Position numbers and translations under genes: made by a program
Part shown: positions 1 through 9,320 of the stretch, in pieces
Layout of the letters: each line of letters begins with the position of its first letter
Position numbering within the stretch: the stretch's first letter is position 1
IMG/VR virus record: IMGVR_UViG_3300026097_001139
Location: 24,387-88,386 of that record
Reading direction: 5' to 3' (one strand)
Source of the DNA: a virus
DNA: 64,000 bases
Notes under the pieces: model-generated
Told to the model about the DNA's origin: nothing
The model's database searches: none
Seen by the model: the letters and a program-made list of their open reading frames with translations, nothing else

Positions 1-582
1 CCGGAGTTCGATATAGTGGATCCAGCTACGCAGTGTGCCATTCATGTACATGCGACTTTTAGTAAGTCCTTCGGGTAATACTGCACGAGCCTGTTCTTTT
101 GCAATGTTATTTTCAATGGCCCAGCGATATGCTTTACGAGCTTCGATAATCACACGCTCTTGTGCCAGTGCCCATTCTGTAGCCAGCTCTGTGTCAAGTC
201 TGTTGTCTTCGTCTAGCTCGATTGAATTTTGACGATTTGTTGTATCCTGTAGTCTGCATTCACGAATTTCGAACTCTAAATCCTTCACTGGATCTGCATA
301 ACGCTGTGAAAACTCTTGGAAGCTGAAACTGCGATGACGTAGGATTTGTCTAGCAATGTCTCGTGTGGTTTCGATCTCTAAGCAAGCAGATACCATTTCA
401 AACGGCGACCAGTGTGCATGCTTTGCAAGGTAGTTGAGTAGGCGAGTAGAGGTCTCTGTATTAAATTGATTCGATGGATTAGATACTCTAGCCGCATACG
501 CAATAAGATCTTGCACATCTTCAATACCTTCGTGTTCAAAGTCAGAGCTTGGTTGACTGTAACTTACAAGTTTTACTTTCAT
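1..582 (-). CDS. thyX: FAD-dependent thymidylate synthase (3' end truncated by window edge)
   Basis: Manual translation from ATG at 582 (ATGA overlap with upstream stop): MKVKLVSYSQ...AYAARVSNPSNQ...HAHWSPFEM...IETTRDIARQILRHRSFSFQEFSQRYA...AKEQARAVLPEG; ThyX RHRx7S motif. Absent from ORF track because it runs off the window. Confidence 0.95.
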   Translation of the reverse strand, partial: MKVKLVSYSQPSSDFEHEGIEDVQDLIAYAARVSNPSNQFNTETSTRLLNYLAKHAHWSPFEMVSACLEIETTRDIARQILRHRSFSFQEFSQRYADPVKDLEFEIRECRLQDTTNRQNSIELDEDNRLDTELATEWALAQERVIIEARKAYRWAIENNIAKEQARAVLPEGLTKSRMYMNGTLRSWIHYIELR

Positions 583-881
583 AATTTTTCTAATAATTCG
601 TCTGTTAAAGGTTGGACCATTTCAGCAACACGTTCAACATCAAGCGTGAACTTGATGCTGACAATTTCGCTGTCTAGTTCTATCATGGTTGTGTTTACAT
701 GATCTTCCACATCTTCGTAGCTTAACCCGTCAGTGATTAATTTTGTGACATTGATAGTTTTTTGTCGACGGCCTTCTAGCTTGAGTAGAATTTTAGCAAT
801 GCATTCAATGGGAATAGTTGTGACTTCAATTTCTTGAATCAAGCTTTCCCATCGTTCAACAAAGTCATCACTGAGATACAT
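579..881 (-). CDS. conserved phage hypothetical protein
   Basis: 100-aa acidic ORF, overlaps both neighbours in operon. Confidence 0.75.
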   Translation of the reverse strand: MYLSDDFVERWESLIQEIEVTTIPIECIAKILLKLEGRRQKTINVTKLITDGLSYEDVEDHVNTTMIELDSEIVSIKFTLDVERVAEMVQPLTDELLEKL

Positions 882-1509
882 CGGCGGTCTTTTTCTTTCT
901 AGTGGTAGTACGCTTTGGCTTCAATGCCTTAGCTTCGCTTTTCAATCGCTTGGCTTCCTCTAGTAGACCTTTTGCTTCTGCTTCCATTTTGGCAGCTTGA
1001 CTTTCGAAATTTTCAGCTAATGCCGAGTCAGACAGTCCTTCGTTTTGCTTCATTGTGTTGTTTGCGGCTTCTACAATTTCTTGTGCTCTGCGCTGTGCAC
1101 CGGGATCAACTAAGCCGCTGTTTTGATCAATTTCGGCTAGTTTTTGCACTGCTTCGCCGCCCTGTTCCAATTGATCTAGAATTGTGTTAAGCTCATCTAG
1201 TCTAACAGTGTTGTTTGGGCTAGGTGTCATGATCACTTGATTACTAGACACTTTCTTGATTTTACCTTCAACATGCAACACTTCCAGGATCGGACGGCCG
1301 TCCGGACTCATTGCTCGCTGAAGTGCTTCACCTAGATCAAGTGCTTGTTGCCCTGGCTCGCTTTCTACAGCTCGCATGAGTGCGTCCTGCATTTCTGTTT
1401 TAAGTGTTTCTGTGTAGCACACCAGTGCCATGTGATCTTCATTGGGCACTTTTCTAAACACCACAGCAACTTTGCGGTCACCGTGTTTTCCAATATGTTT
1501 TACAAACAT
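868..1509 (-). CDS. conserved phage hypothetical protein with C-terminal coiled coil and basic tail
   Basis: 213 aa, SD AAGGAG upstream; coiled coil AEAKGLLEEAKRLKSEAK and KPKRTTTRKKK tail. Confidence 0.8.
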   Translation of the reverse strand: MFVKHIGKHGDRKVAVVFRKVPNEDHMALVCYTETLKTEMQDALMRAVESEPGQQALDLGEALQRAMSPDGRPILEVLHVEGKIKKVSSNQVIMTPSPNNTVRLDELNTILDQLEQGGEAVQKLAEIDQNSGLVDPGAQRRAQEIVEAANNTMKQNEGLSDSALAENFESQAAKMEAEAKGLLEEAKRLKSEAKALKPKRTTTRKKKTADVSQ

Positions 1510-1512
1510 GTA

Positions 1513-1761
1513 TTACTCCTTAGATGTTTTTTTAGCAGAACGTGTAACCGACTGTTCAGGTTCGGCTTGTTCTTGTGAAATTTCTGCCTGTGGATTTGAC
1601 GCCAGCGATGACAAGAATAGGTTCAGTTTGTCATAGACAACGCCAACTGTGGACATTTCGTCTGGCTGGATAGCGCCGCGCTGACTCACTACTTCGATAA
1701 TACTCTTGATTACTGCAAGGTCTTCGACTTTTAAATTGATTTCTGATTCAGTGTTTTCCAT
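1513..1761 (-). CDS. small conserved phage hypothetical protein
   Basis: 82 aa (DLAVIKSIIEVVSQRGA...VGVVYDKL); TAAATA motif 7 nt upstream of ATG. Confidence 0.75.
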   Translation of the reverse strand: MENTESEINLKVEDLAVIKSIIEVVSQRGAIQPDEMSTVGVVYDKLNLFLSSLASNPQAEISQEQAEPEQSVTRSAKKTSKE

Positions 1762-1801
1762 AGTACGTTATTTAACCGCCTGTATGCCCGTGTGATAATT
1801 T

Positions 1802-3061
1802 TTACTGTGATTCGTATTTGGCCCAAGTGCCAAAAGGAGGCTGTGGATCATCGTTGCTGTGAATAATCCAAACAGTATCGCAGTAGTTTGGATCTCCCCA
1901 GCTACCAAATGGATATCCGTCTGTGAACACCACCAGTTTTTTAGGTTCAATGTCTGCTTCCTTGAGATAGTTGAATATACACTCAAAACTAGTGCCACCC
2001 CATCCCTGACACTGATACTCGGTGATGTCTGCGATGTTATCACTGTTGAAGTCTTGTGGATTGTAAACTTCTGTGTCAAAAGTAAACAAGTGAATTCTAT
2101 AGTCAGTGAACGTATCCATAATGCCTTGCACTTCGCTCAAGAAGTCACGGCCTTGTTCCTCAGAGATACTGCCGCTCATGTCAATTGCTACAGCAATATC
2201 AATAGCATCTGTGGTATCCATGCCTGGTAAAATAGCATCCATATGCCAACTGCGACGACTAACCTTTGAAAATGTGTAATCGTTCTTGATAATGCTTTGC
2301 AACTGCTGTTGTAACAATTCACGCCAATTCATTTTAGGTTCAGTGAGATTCTGAATCATGCGTTGAACGTTGCCTGGAATTTCACCTGCCTTGGCAGTTT
2401 GAGCGGCACTGATCATTGCTTCTTTGATTTCGTCTTTGATCTGTTGCCGTTCTTCTTCAGTGAGCTTAACAGGACCGGGCTTGTCGCCTTCCCCTTCTTC
2501 ACCATTGCCAGCACCTTCCATGATGTCTTCTAAGTGTTCATCTAACACTTTGTCTAACATTTTTTGTGCAGATGATTCGTCTGCATTTTCCAGCAAATCG
2601 TCGTATACTTGCTCAAAACTCCAATCTTCGTACTTGGCATCATACAAGCACTCTACAGTGGTAATAAATTCACCTACATTGTGTTTTTTAAGGTCACTGT
2701 TAACACAGTAGTCTTGTGCAATGTTGCTTAACATCCTGTCGCGGTCGCCTGTGCGAGCTAAGTGATCATATACTACATGTAGAACTTCGTGGCCGAATAA
2801 AAACTCGACTTCACGCGGCTTAAGCATTTTGATAAATCTTGTATTGTAATAAAAGTGACGACCATCAGTAGCGGCAGTAGGGCACCATTCATCGGCATTT
2901 ACCAGCTTGAGTCGGGTAGCAAGATTGCCAAAAAAGCTTGCACGGAGGAGCATGCCAATTCGTGCGCCTACAAGTATTTCTCGAACTTCTCTGTCCAGTG
3001 CTGGATCAGTAGGTCCGATGAGATCGGCAAATTTATTTTTGTCTTCTGCGGTTGTCGACAT
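1802..3061 (-). CDS. HExxH metallopeptidase-like plus VWA domain protein (MoxR partner; DUF2201-like)
   Basis: PTAATDG, HEVLH zinc motif, MIDAS DMSGS, GGTSF and FTDGY motifs; SD GAGGAG. Confidence 0.9.
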   Translation of the reverse strand: MSTTAEDKNKFADLIGPTDPALDREVREILVGARIGMLLRASFFGNLATRLKLVNADEWCPTAATDGRHFYYNTRFIKMLKPREVEFLFGHEVLHVVYDHLARTGDRDRMLSNIAQDYCVNSDLKKHNVGEFITTVECLYDAKYEDWSFEQVYDDLLENADESSAQKMLDKVLDEHLEDIMEGAGNGEEGEGDKPGPVKLTEEERQQIKDEIKEAMISAAQTAKAGEIPGNVQRMIQNLTEPKMNWRELLQQQLQSIIKNDYTFSKVSRRSWHMDAILPGMDTTDAIDIAVAIDMSGSISEEQGRDFLSEVQGIMDTFTDYRIHLFTFDTEVYNPQDFNSDNIADITEYQCQGWGGTSFECIFNYLKEADIEPKKLVVFTDGYPFGSWGDPNYCDTVWIIHSNDDPQPPFGTWAKYESQ

Positions 3062-3087
3062 GCTTGCTCCTCACTTTCTATACATAT

Positions 3088-3116
3088 AGTATAGTTGATT
3101 GGCGTTTATTTGTCAA
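3088..3116 (-). promoter_or_regulatory. sigma70-type (early) promoter for VWA gene
   Basis: TTGACA-17 nt-TATACT on minus strand. Confidence 0.85.
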
Positions 3117-3136
3117 GTTAAAACCTGATATAACCC

Positions 3137-3493
3137 TTATCCACATGCCAGTCTAAATAAACTTAATTCTCTATCACTGGCAATATAAATTCTCAAATCT
3201 CTGTAAGCATTGCTCCAGCTCCAGTGATTATTGACTGCCAGGGGCAGTGAGTTATCAAAATTTCCCGGACCTTGTGGTAGATTAAATTGATTACGCATAG
3301 AATAATGTGTTTTTATTTCTTGCCATATTCGAATTTCGGCACTAAATCCGTAGGTATCAATAAACCATTGTTGAGCTTCTATAAAATGTAAAGGACCTTG
3401 ATTTATTGTAATTCTAGCAGGAAAACTTATATGATATTTAAACCATTCAAAATAGTTAAACCTTTTATCAAGGCGTTGCACAGTGTATTTCAC
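3137..3493 (-). CDS. hypothetical protein
   Basis: 118-aa aromatic-rich ORF on coding strand. Confidence 0.65.
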   Translation of the reverse strand: MKYTVQRLDKRFNYFEWFKYHISFPARITINQGPLHFIEAQQWFIDTYGFSAEIRIWQEIKTHYSMRNQFNLPQGPGNFDNSLPLAVNNHWSWSNAYRDLRIYIASDRELSLFRLACG

Positions 3494-3513
3494 GGTCTAG
3501 TCCTAAATATTGT

Positions 3514-3807
3514 TTAATATTTAAGCTGAAACAGTACCGCGTCATGTGCGCACTTAAAGACAAATCGTACTCGCCATTCCGGTGTTTGAGTGTAGTTGTT
3601 GTACACAGCTACACTGTTCCACCACCAGCGTTTTCCTTTGGTACCAAACTCCTGGCGAATCTTCCATAAATTTTTTTTCAGTAGTTCGTCATTGTTGTTA
3701 TAATAACGTTCAACTGCTGGCAGTGTGCTGTCTTTCCACTCGTCTGGCGTTATAGTTAGTGATCTATTATTGTCCACTATTCCCATGGGAAATCGCCATC
3801 TTGCCAT
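3514..3807 (-). CDS. hypothetical protein
   Basis: 97-aa ORF; true start may be the internal Met (MGIVDNN). Confidence 0.6.
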   Translation of the reverse strand: MARWRFPMGIVDNNRSLTITPDEWKDSTLPAVERYYNNNDELLKKNLWKIRQEFGTKGKRWWWNSVAVYNNYTQTPEWRVRFVFKCAHDAVLFQLKY

Positions 3808-4904
3808 ACAGCATATTTGTAATATTCATTTACCGTTTGTATATCGTCTGTAGTTTCTATACACAATTCTTCGTTGGCAAAAAATAATTTCATGTTATTT
3901 TCTATTGCAAAATTGCATAAAAATTCCCTGCGATCTTGGTCTTCTGGCAGTGCAAAAATACTCAACATTATTATACCGTCAAATCTTTTAGTTATAAAGT
4001 TTTCAAGTCCCGGAAGCCAATCTATAAACAATGGTTCGTGAATTTGTTGTGGTAAAAAATCAACGCTTGCATCTGATAGATCAAACTTTCTTGAATATGA
4101 ATCTATAAAAGCTCTTTGCATGCCGAAAGGAATGTGTTTGGTAAATGCAGTACTGCGATTCAAGTAAACCAATAAATTAGAATTTTTGTCAATTTGTTTG
4201 CGTTGAGAATAGTCCCCGGGCAATCTAAAATACCCGCCAGGTACTCTTTGGAATGTTTCGTGACCTCTTATTAAGAATCTTGCATCGAAACTAAAACGAG
4301 TCTTTTGTGTAGTGTTGTTAATAGATCCGTGAACCCTTTCTTGATCAAATAACAAAAATTCTCCCGGACTTAAACACTTGTTCTTTGATAATTTATAGCA
4401 TTCTTCGTCGAATTTTTTTGCAGGCCACCGGTTTTCTATAAATTTTGATACTAGATCTCTACTAGGATCTAGATCTGCAATATAAAGTGAATTTGAATCG
4501 TACGCATCTGTAAGAGGTATCCAAGCAGTCATACTGCCTCGTCCACCGCCTACAAGTGCGTCGCAGTGGAAATTAACACGCTGTCCGTGTGCTTCTTGAC
4601 CAGGAATGACTACCCTTAGATTAGGTTGCCGTTGTACTAGATAATCGGTATGTTCAATTAAAGGTGCTACGTTATCGGCAAAAAACTTATCCAGCATGCT
4701 CATGTATTTTGTGCATTTACTGGTTTTATCTTGCACATATCTGGCTACTTGTGCAATCTCTTTTACTGACAAGACTTTGTGTATAGTACTTAGATCAGAT
4801 ACATTGGGCCACTTTTGTTGAATTGTGTCGAGTGTCCAAGTGGTAAAATCCAATTTTGCTGTATCATAAGACCCAACAAAGTCTTGCGGGATATTATAAA
4901 TCAT
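3777..4904 (-). CDS. 2OG-Fe(II) oxygenase fused to a 'sporadic carbohydrate cluster'-like C-terminal domain
   Basis: QRQPNLRV, HCD and distal HGSINN facial triad, TRFSFDAR; C-terminal IPFGMQR...GIIMLSIFALP...FANE block. Confidence 0.75.
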   Translation of the reverse strand: MIYNIPQDFVGSYDTAKLDFTTWTLDTIQQKWPNVSDLSTIHKVLSVKEIAQVARYVQDKTSKCTKYMSMLDKFFADNVAPLIEHTDYLVQRQPNLRVVIPGQEAHGQRVNFHCDALVGGGRGSMTAWIPLTDAYDSNSLYIADLDPSRDLVSKFIENRWPAKKFDEECYKLSKNKCLSPGEFLLFDQERVHGSINNTTQKTRFSFDARFLIRGHETFQRVPGGYFRLPGDYSQRKQIDKNSNLLVYLNRSTAFTKHIPFGMQRAFIDSYSRKFDLSDASVDFLPQQIHEPLFIDWLPGLENFITKRFDGIIMLSIFALPEDQDRREFLCNFAIENNMKLFFANEELCIETTDDIQTVNEYYKYAVWQDGDFPWE

Positions 4905-4913
4905 TGGAACTCC

Positions 4914-4969
4914 AAAAAAAACAGGGCTGGTCCAACATACGCCCTATGTTATTTACCGGACCAGCCCTG
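4914..4969 (-). terminator. intrinsic terminator after moxR-like gene
   Basis: 12-bp perfect stem CAGGGCTGGTCC/GGACCAGCCCTG followed by T8, 6 nt after stop codon. Confidence 0.9.
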
Positions 4970-4975
4970 ACCTGG

Positions 4976-6076
4976 TTACGATTCGTTTGCGGCTAAAATG
5001 TATTTGCCGTAACGTTCGTGAAACTCGTCGAAGTTTTTAAGTTTGGTAGGTTGAACAGGAAGTTGATAGTTGTTAAGAGCAACTCGGGCACCCATAACAA
5101 CCAATTCAGTTTCGAAGTTATCCATCATAAAGCGGAAGAACAGGTCGGCCATTTTGTGGAACTGTTTGTCGTCTACACTGTCGCTGTCGATAGCTTCGCG
5201 CAGTTCATAGCACATGGCAATAACTAAGCTGTACATTGCGCTAATCTCATTGATCTCCAGTGTTTTAACCTTGCCGGCTAAAATATCAGTAGGGTTAGGC
5301 ATTTGGCTTGCGACCTTGCGATGTGCCATAAACTTCACAGCAAGACCTTCGCCTACAGTACCGGCAATGAGATCAGTGAGGCTTTGCTCATCAAGATCGT
5401 TGTCTTCAATCAGCTCACTTACAAAGGTCCACGAACGTGGCGTAGCAAATGCTCTGCTGGCTGCTTTTGCGTCAAAATCATAGAGATCTTGTTTAGCAAA
5501 CGAAACGTAACCAATTACGTCTTTGTGAATGCCATTTTCGGTGGCCCAGTCTAGCCAGTTGGTATAATCCACGCGCATTTCCACGTGTACAAAGCGATTG
5601 GCAAGCGGTGTAGGCATGCGATATGTTACGCCTTTGTCGCTTTCGCGGTTGCCAGCGGCTACCACTACTACATTATCTGGCAACTTGTATTGTCCAATGC
5701 GACGGTTGAGAATCAACTGATATGCAGCGGCCTGTACACTGGGCGCAGCTACGTTCATTTCGTCTAAGAATAATACAACAACTGGATATTGACTGGCTAG
5801 CTCTTCTGTTGGAAGATCCACTGGCGGAGCCCATTCCATTTTGCCAGACTCTTTGCTGTAATAAGGCATGCCTCGCACATCAGTTGGATCCATTAGACCC
5901 AAACGTAGATCAAGAAGCAGACCACCTGATTCACTAGCAATGTCTTCTACAAGTTCTGATTTACCAATACCTGGAGGACCCCAGAGAAAGATAGGACGCT
6001 TTTTAGCAAAGCATTTTTTGATAAGTTTGCGAGCACCAGTACTGGTGACACTGCGATGTTCTGTTGCGGTGGACAT
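4976..6076 (-). CDS. MoxR-family AAA+ ATPase
   Basis: Walker A GPPGIGKS, Walker B LFLDEM, sensor AAGN, Arg finger PLANRF, TPRSW. Confidence 0.93.
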   Translation of the reverse strand: MSTATEHRSVTSTGARKLIKKCFAKKRPIFLWGPPGIGKSELVEDIASESGGLLLDLRLGLMDPTDVRGMPYYSKESGKMEWAPPVDLPTEELASQYPVVVLFLDEMNVAAPSVQAAAYQLILNRRIGQYKLPDNVVVVAAGNRESDKGVTYRMPTPLANRFVHVEMRVDYTNWLDWATENGIHKDVIGYVSFAKQDLYDFDAKAASRAFATPRSWTFVSELIEDNDLDEQSLTDLIAGTVGEGLAVKFMAHRKVASQMPNPTDILAGKVKTLEINEISAMYSLVIAMCYELREAIDSDSVDDKQFHKMADLFFRFMMDNFETELVVMGARVALNNYQLPVQPTKLKNFDEFHERYGKYILAANES

Positions 6077-6108
6077 AGGGCGTATCCTTTTTTAGTGAAT
6101 GTACAATT

Positions 6109-6137
6109 ATAATAGTTGATTACGCCCTTCGTGTCAA
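6109..6137 (-). promoter_or_regulatory. sigma70-type (early) promoter for moxR-like gene
   Basis: TTGACA-17 nt-TATTAT. Confidence 0.82.
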
Positions 6138-6138
6138 C

Positions 6139-8580
6139 CTATAGTAACAAATATTCTGCTACAGTGTCACTTATGTTGCGCATGTATATCCAACGTGGAT
6201 TGATAGGTTGATCTTTGCGCACTCGTAGTTTTCCTAACAAACCAATTGGAGCCCATTCCTGTCTTTTACTGCGAGGTGTGTATTCTACCTCAGGATCATA
6301 GTTAGGATTGACCTTTGGTGTCTGAAATGGTCTTCCGTCTTCGTCGTGGGTGGTTGCTGTGGCACCTTCAGGGATTTCCACGTCGTCTAAACTGGTTGCA
6401 GTTTGCTCTACTTGCTTGCCTTTCACAGTTTCTTTCCAGGAATATATGGTGTATTCTTGCATCACAGGACGACCAAAATCATCTGTGAGATACTTGCCTT
6501 GCCAGCTGTTTTCAGGTGCGTCACCTAGCACTCCTGGTACTGCACTTACTACACCAATTGGAGTCTCGTCTGATTGTGCAAGTCTGATTTTGTTAGCCTC
6601 TAGCACCACAGACATGCCAACTCTGTCCTCATCATCAGGATTGCCGTCGACCCATTCGAAAAATTCTGCATAGTCGCCGGCTGGTGTTGCCGCTACGCCG
6701 TCAAAACGCACATTCCCGCCGCTGTCTACCTGAAATACTGGATCTTGCGTAGGGCTGAATGCATCACTGTATGCACGGAAATGAATGTAAGGTTTACCTT
6801 TTAGTGCACCCACTTCGCTCTGCACGGCTGCACCGGTAAAGTTTGCATTAAGTGCCTGTGCTCTAACACCAACACCGAATCCTGTTGTGCTTGCATTGGT
6901 AGCACCTAGCACAGCACTACCGCCAATGGCGCCTGCTCCATAGTCGTATGAAGCAAATACACTGCCTGCTGCAGGAACTGGTGTTTGATCTGAGTCGCCA
7001 TTGATACCCAAAGATTCTTTATAAAAGCGTATACTATCTACATCGTCTTCAAAAGCAACTGCAATGTAAGGTTGATTTTCTGCTGGATTACTATCGTACC
7101 AGAAGCCGTTGTCTTCCGGGTAGGTAAATCTGTATGCACCGGCAACAATGTTGTCAACGCCAGTAAATGTTTTTCTGCCAGTAACAGTTTGTTCATCGGC
7201 TAACACCATGTCGCCGTCGCCACCGCCACCACCGCCAGTGGCACTGATGGTTACATCTCCAGTGGCACTGGATACACTTATACCTGAGCCTGCATTGATA
7301 CTGGTTACGCCACTGCCAGTGGCACTGATGGTTACTGTGCCGCCGCTTTCTGATACGTCAATGCCTGATCCTGCATTGATGCCAAGCACCCCGGTGTTTG
7401 TTACTGTGATAGTACCTGACCCTGTAATTGGCGAGCCTGACACCGAAATTCCAGCACCTCCGGCTACTCCTACACTGCTCACAGTGCCGTCTCCTGTTCC
7501 GCCGGTATAGCCAATGGAAATAGCCCCTGCAGAGTTTGTCACAGATATACTGCCTGAACCTGATATAGTGCCTTTGCTTAGTCCGCCGTTGTCACCTATC
7601 AGTAACTGTCCGTTGCCGTACACTGTTTCGCCAGTGCCACCGTTTGTCACTGCTACAATGCCGTTGACATTGTTGGCAATGCCAGCCAAATTGGCTGTGA
7701 TAACATTGGCATTGAAACTGCCTGCTGAATCTCTTGCAACCACAGTGTTTGCAAGGTTGCTGTCACTGGCATTCACGCTCCAGGTTTGCGCAGTGTTGGC
7801 GTTGTATACATTGCCGCTGATATAACTGCCAGGCGTTAAAGCATTTTCCAGTGTGCCCAAGATGCTTGCATCGCTGGCATAGGTCATGCCCTTTACAAGT
7901 TCTGTAAAACCAGTTGGACGATCCTCTGGAAGAATTATGAAATCTCTCTTGGCAACAACAGCTATAACAATGTTGTTAACCTTGCCAAGAATCACTGGCT
8001 CTGGATCTCCGTTGAGATCTCTTAGACTGGCACTTTCCCACAGTGTTCCCGGAAATCCAGTGGCAGCCGGAGGACCAATCAAGGACCAACTTGCACCGTC
8101 GCTGATGAAAAGCTGTTGTGATGTTTCATTGAAATAGAAGTCACCAGCCAGTCCAGCATCCGGGGCACTGGTTACAAAAGGCACACGATTATTTGTGATC
8201 CACTCTAATCCTCGGTCTGTCTCTGCGTATACCTTGACTTGAAAATTCACAGTGTCTAGCCATAACTCTCCAACCTTGGCTTCGACACTAGGAGCTGTGT
8301 TGCTCACATACAACCCGCTGACGTTTTTCCATTGAACACCTGTGTAGGTCTTTATGCATCCGTCTGATGTGTCATACCAGATTTGTCCTTCCAATGGATT
8401 TTCTGGGCTGTTTGCGTCAGCAAAGTTTTCTAAATGCTTTACAAGATTCTCAGTTTCGATTTCGCCGTAGGGTGTGACATTTTTTCCTACTAGGCTTAAA
8501 CTGGTAGCTTCTGTATCGGTAGTACCGTCCGGAATGACAGCAACTATTTCTCCGCGAGTGTTATTAATGATATATGGCAT
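6139..8580 (-). CDS. tail fibre/baseplate-anchored fibre with C-terminal peptidase G2 intramolecular chaperone domain
   Basis: N-terminal LSLVGKN...YGE...EN.VKHLENFA...PLEGQIWYD module; Gly/Ser/Thr-rich repeats; DYAEFFEW...IGVVS...YTPRSKRQEWAPIGLLGKLRVR autocleavage signature; late motif and SD upstream. Confidence 0.85.
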   Translation of the reverse strand: MPYIINNTRGEIVAVIPDGTTDTEATSLSLVGKNVTPYGEIETENLVKHLENFADANSPENPLEGQIWYDTSDGCIKTYTGVQWKNVSGLYVSNTAPSVEAKVGELWLDTVNFQVKVYAETDRGLEWITNNRVPFVTSAPDAGLAGDFYFNETSQQLFISDGASWSLIGPPAATGFPGTLWESASLRDLNGDPEPVILGKVNNIVIAVVAKRDFIILPEDRPTGFTELVKGMTYASDASILGTLENALTPGSYISGNVYNANTAQTWSVNASDSNLANTVVARDSAGSFNANVITANLAGIANNVNGIVAVTNGGTGETVYGNGQLLIGDNGGLSKGTISGSGSISVTNSAGAISIGYTGGTGDGTVSSVGVAGGAGISVSGSPITGSGTITVTNTGVLGINAGSGIDVSESGGTVTISATGSGVTSINAGSGISVSSATGDVTISATGGGGGGDGDMVLADEQTVTGRKTFTGVDNIVAGAYRFTYPEDNGFWYDSNPAENQPYIAVAFEDDVDSIRFYKESLGINGDSDQTPVPAAGSVFASYDYGAGAIGGSAVLGATNASTTGFGVGVRAQALNANFTGAAVQSEVGALKGKPYIHFRAYSDAFSPTQDPVFQVDSGGNVRFDGVAATPAGDYAEFFEWVDGNPDDEDRVGMSVVLEANKIRLAQSDETPIGVVSAVPGVLGDAPENSWQGKYLTDDFGRPVMQEYTIYSWKETVKGKQVEQTATSLDDVEIPEGATATTHDEDGRPFQTPKVNPNYDPEVEYTPRSKRQEWAPIGLLGKLRVRKDQPINPRWIYMRNISDTVAEYLLL
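7234..7335 (-). repeat. intragenic ~81-bp (27-aa) tandem repeat in fibre
   Basis: gccagtggcactgatggttac at 7234-7254 and 7315-7335; protein repeat INAGSGI.VS...G.VTISATG. Confidence 0.8.
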
Positions 8581-8597
8581 TCGTGACTCCTGTTACA

Positions 8598-8603
8598 TAT
8601 TTA
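8598..8603 (-). promoter_or_regulatory. T4-late-like promoter motif (TAAATA)
   Basis: GCTAAATA upstream of SD AGGAG and fibre ATG. Confidence 0.7.
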
Positions 8604-8612
8604 GCCTAGACG

Positions 8613-9320
8613 CTAGACCGGCTTGTGCAATACTAGATGGAGGTTGCCGTTGAGATCGTTGCGAATGCCGCTGTGAATATCTCGTGGCAGTTGATGATCA
8701 ACCACTATGGATCGGTTGCTCCATAAATTGAGAATTTCCAGAGCAAATTTTCCGGCATAAGCTAAATCAGGTATGCTAACACTGCGACTGTCAGTGTACA
8801 TCAACCATGTTTCGATGTTGGTGCTGATCCATGCTCGTCCTCCTGGTTTCAGCATGTCGTAAATCCATTCAATTCGGTTGTTCATTTCTGCAATGCTGGC
8901 AAAGTGAATACTGTTTACTGCTACGATTTTATCAAACAAGTTTTTTCTTTTACAACAAAACTCTTGATCAAACGTGTCAACAATGTCGGGATTCATATCC
9001 TCCCAACTGTCCATGCCAATCAAATTTGGAAAGTACTGCTTCCATGGATGTAATCCACAGCCAATATCTATAGCTGTGTCACTGTCTTGTATATTCAATT
9101 GACCAAGATAGTACCAGCTCTGCATATCAGTAATTTTATGATTCAAACAAAATTCTCTTGAATGGATATACACTGTGTCATTTAAGTATGCCCGTAAAAA
9201 AGTTAGGTCTTGATAGCTCCAGCAATAATGGTCTGTGTTGTTTTTTATCTGATCAGATTGCGGTAAAATATCCCAGCTTTGTTGCCAATACTGTATGTTG
9301 TAAGGGCGTTTGACTGTCAT
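8613..9320 (-). CDS. class I SAM-dependent methyltransferase
   Basis: IDIGCG motif I, FDKIVAVNSIHF, LKPGGR. Confidence 0.8.
   Translation of the reverse strand: MTVKRPYNIQYWQQSWDILPQSDQIKNNTDHYCWSYQDLTFLRAYLNDTVYIHSREFCLNHKITDMQSWYYLGQLNIQDSDTAIDIGCGLHPWKQYFPNLIGMDSWEDMNPDIVDTFDQEFCCKRKNLFDKIVAVNSIHFASIAEMNNRIEWIYDMLKPGGRAWISTNIETWLMYTDSRSVSIPDLAYAGKFALEILNLWSNRSIVVDHQLPRDIHSGIRNDLNGNLHLVLHKPV

Noticed and set aside
1768-2079. Alternative-frame and antisense ORFs (e.g. 1768-2079, 38672-39106, 39642-39944, 41448-41942, 44162-44407, 58052-58480)
   Set aside because: Largely or fully nested in motif-bearing genes, with no motifs of their own; shadow ORFs
7234-7400. Direct repeats as possible DGR template/variable repeat or array
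   Set aside because: They encode in-frame fibre repeats; no adenine-specific mismatch pattern noticed and no reverse transcriptase in the window
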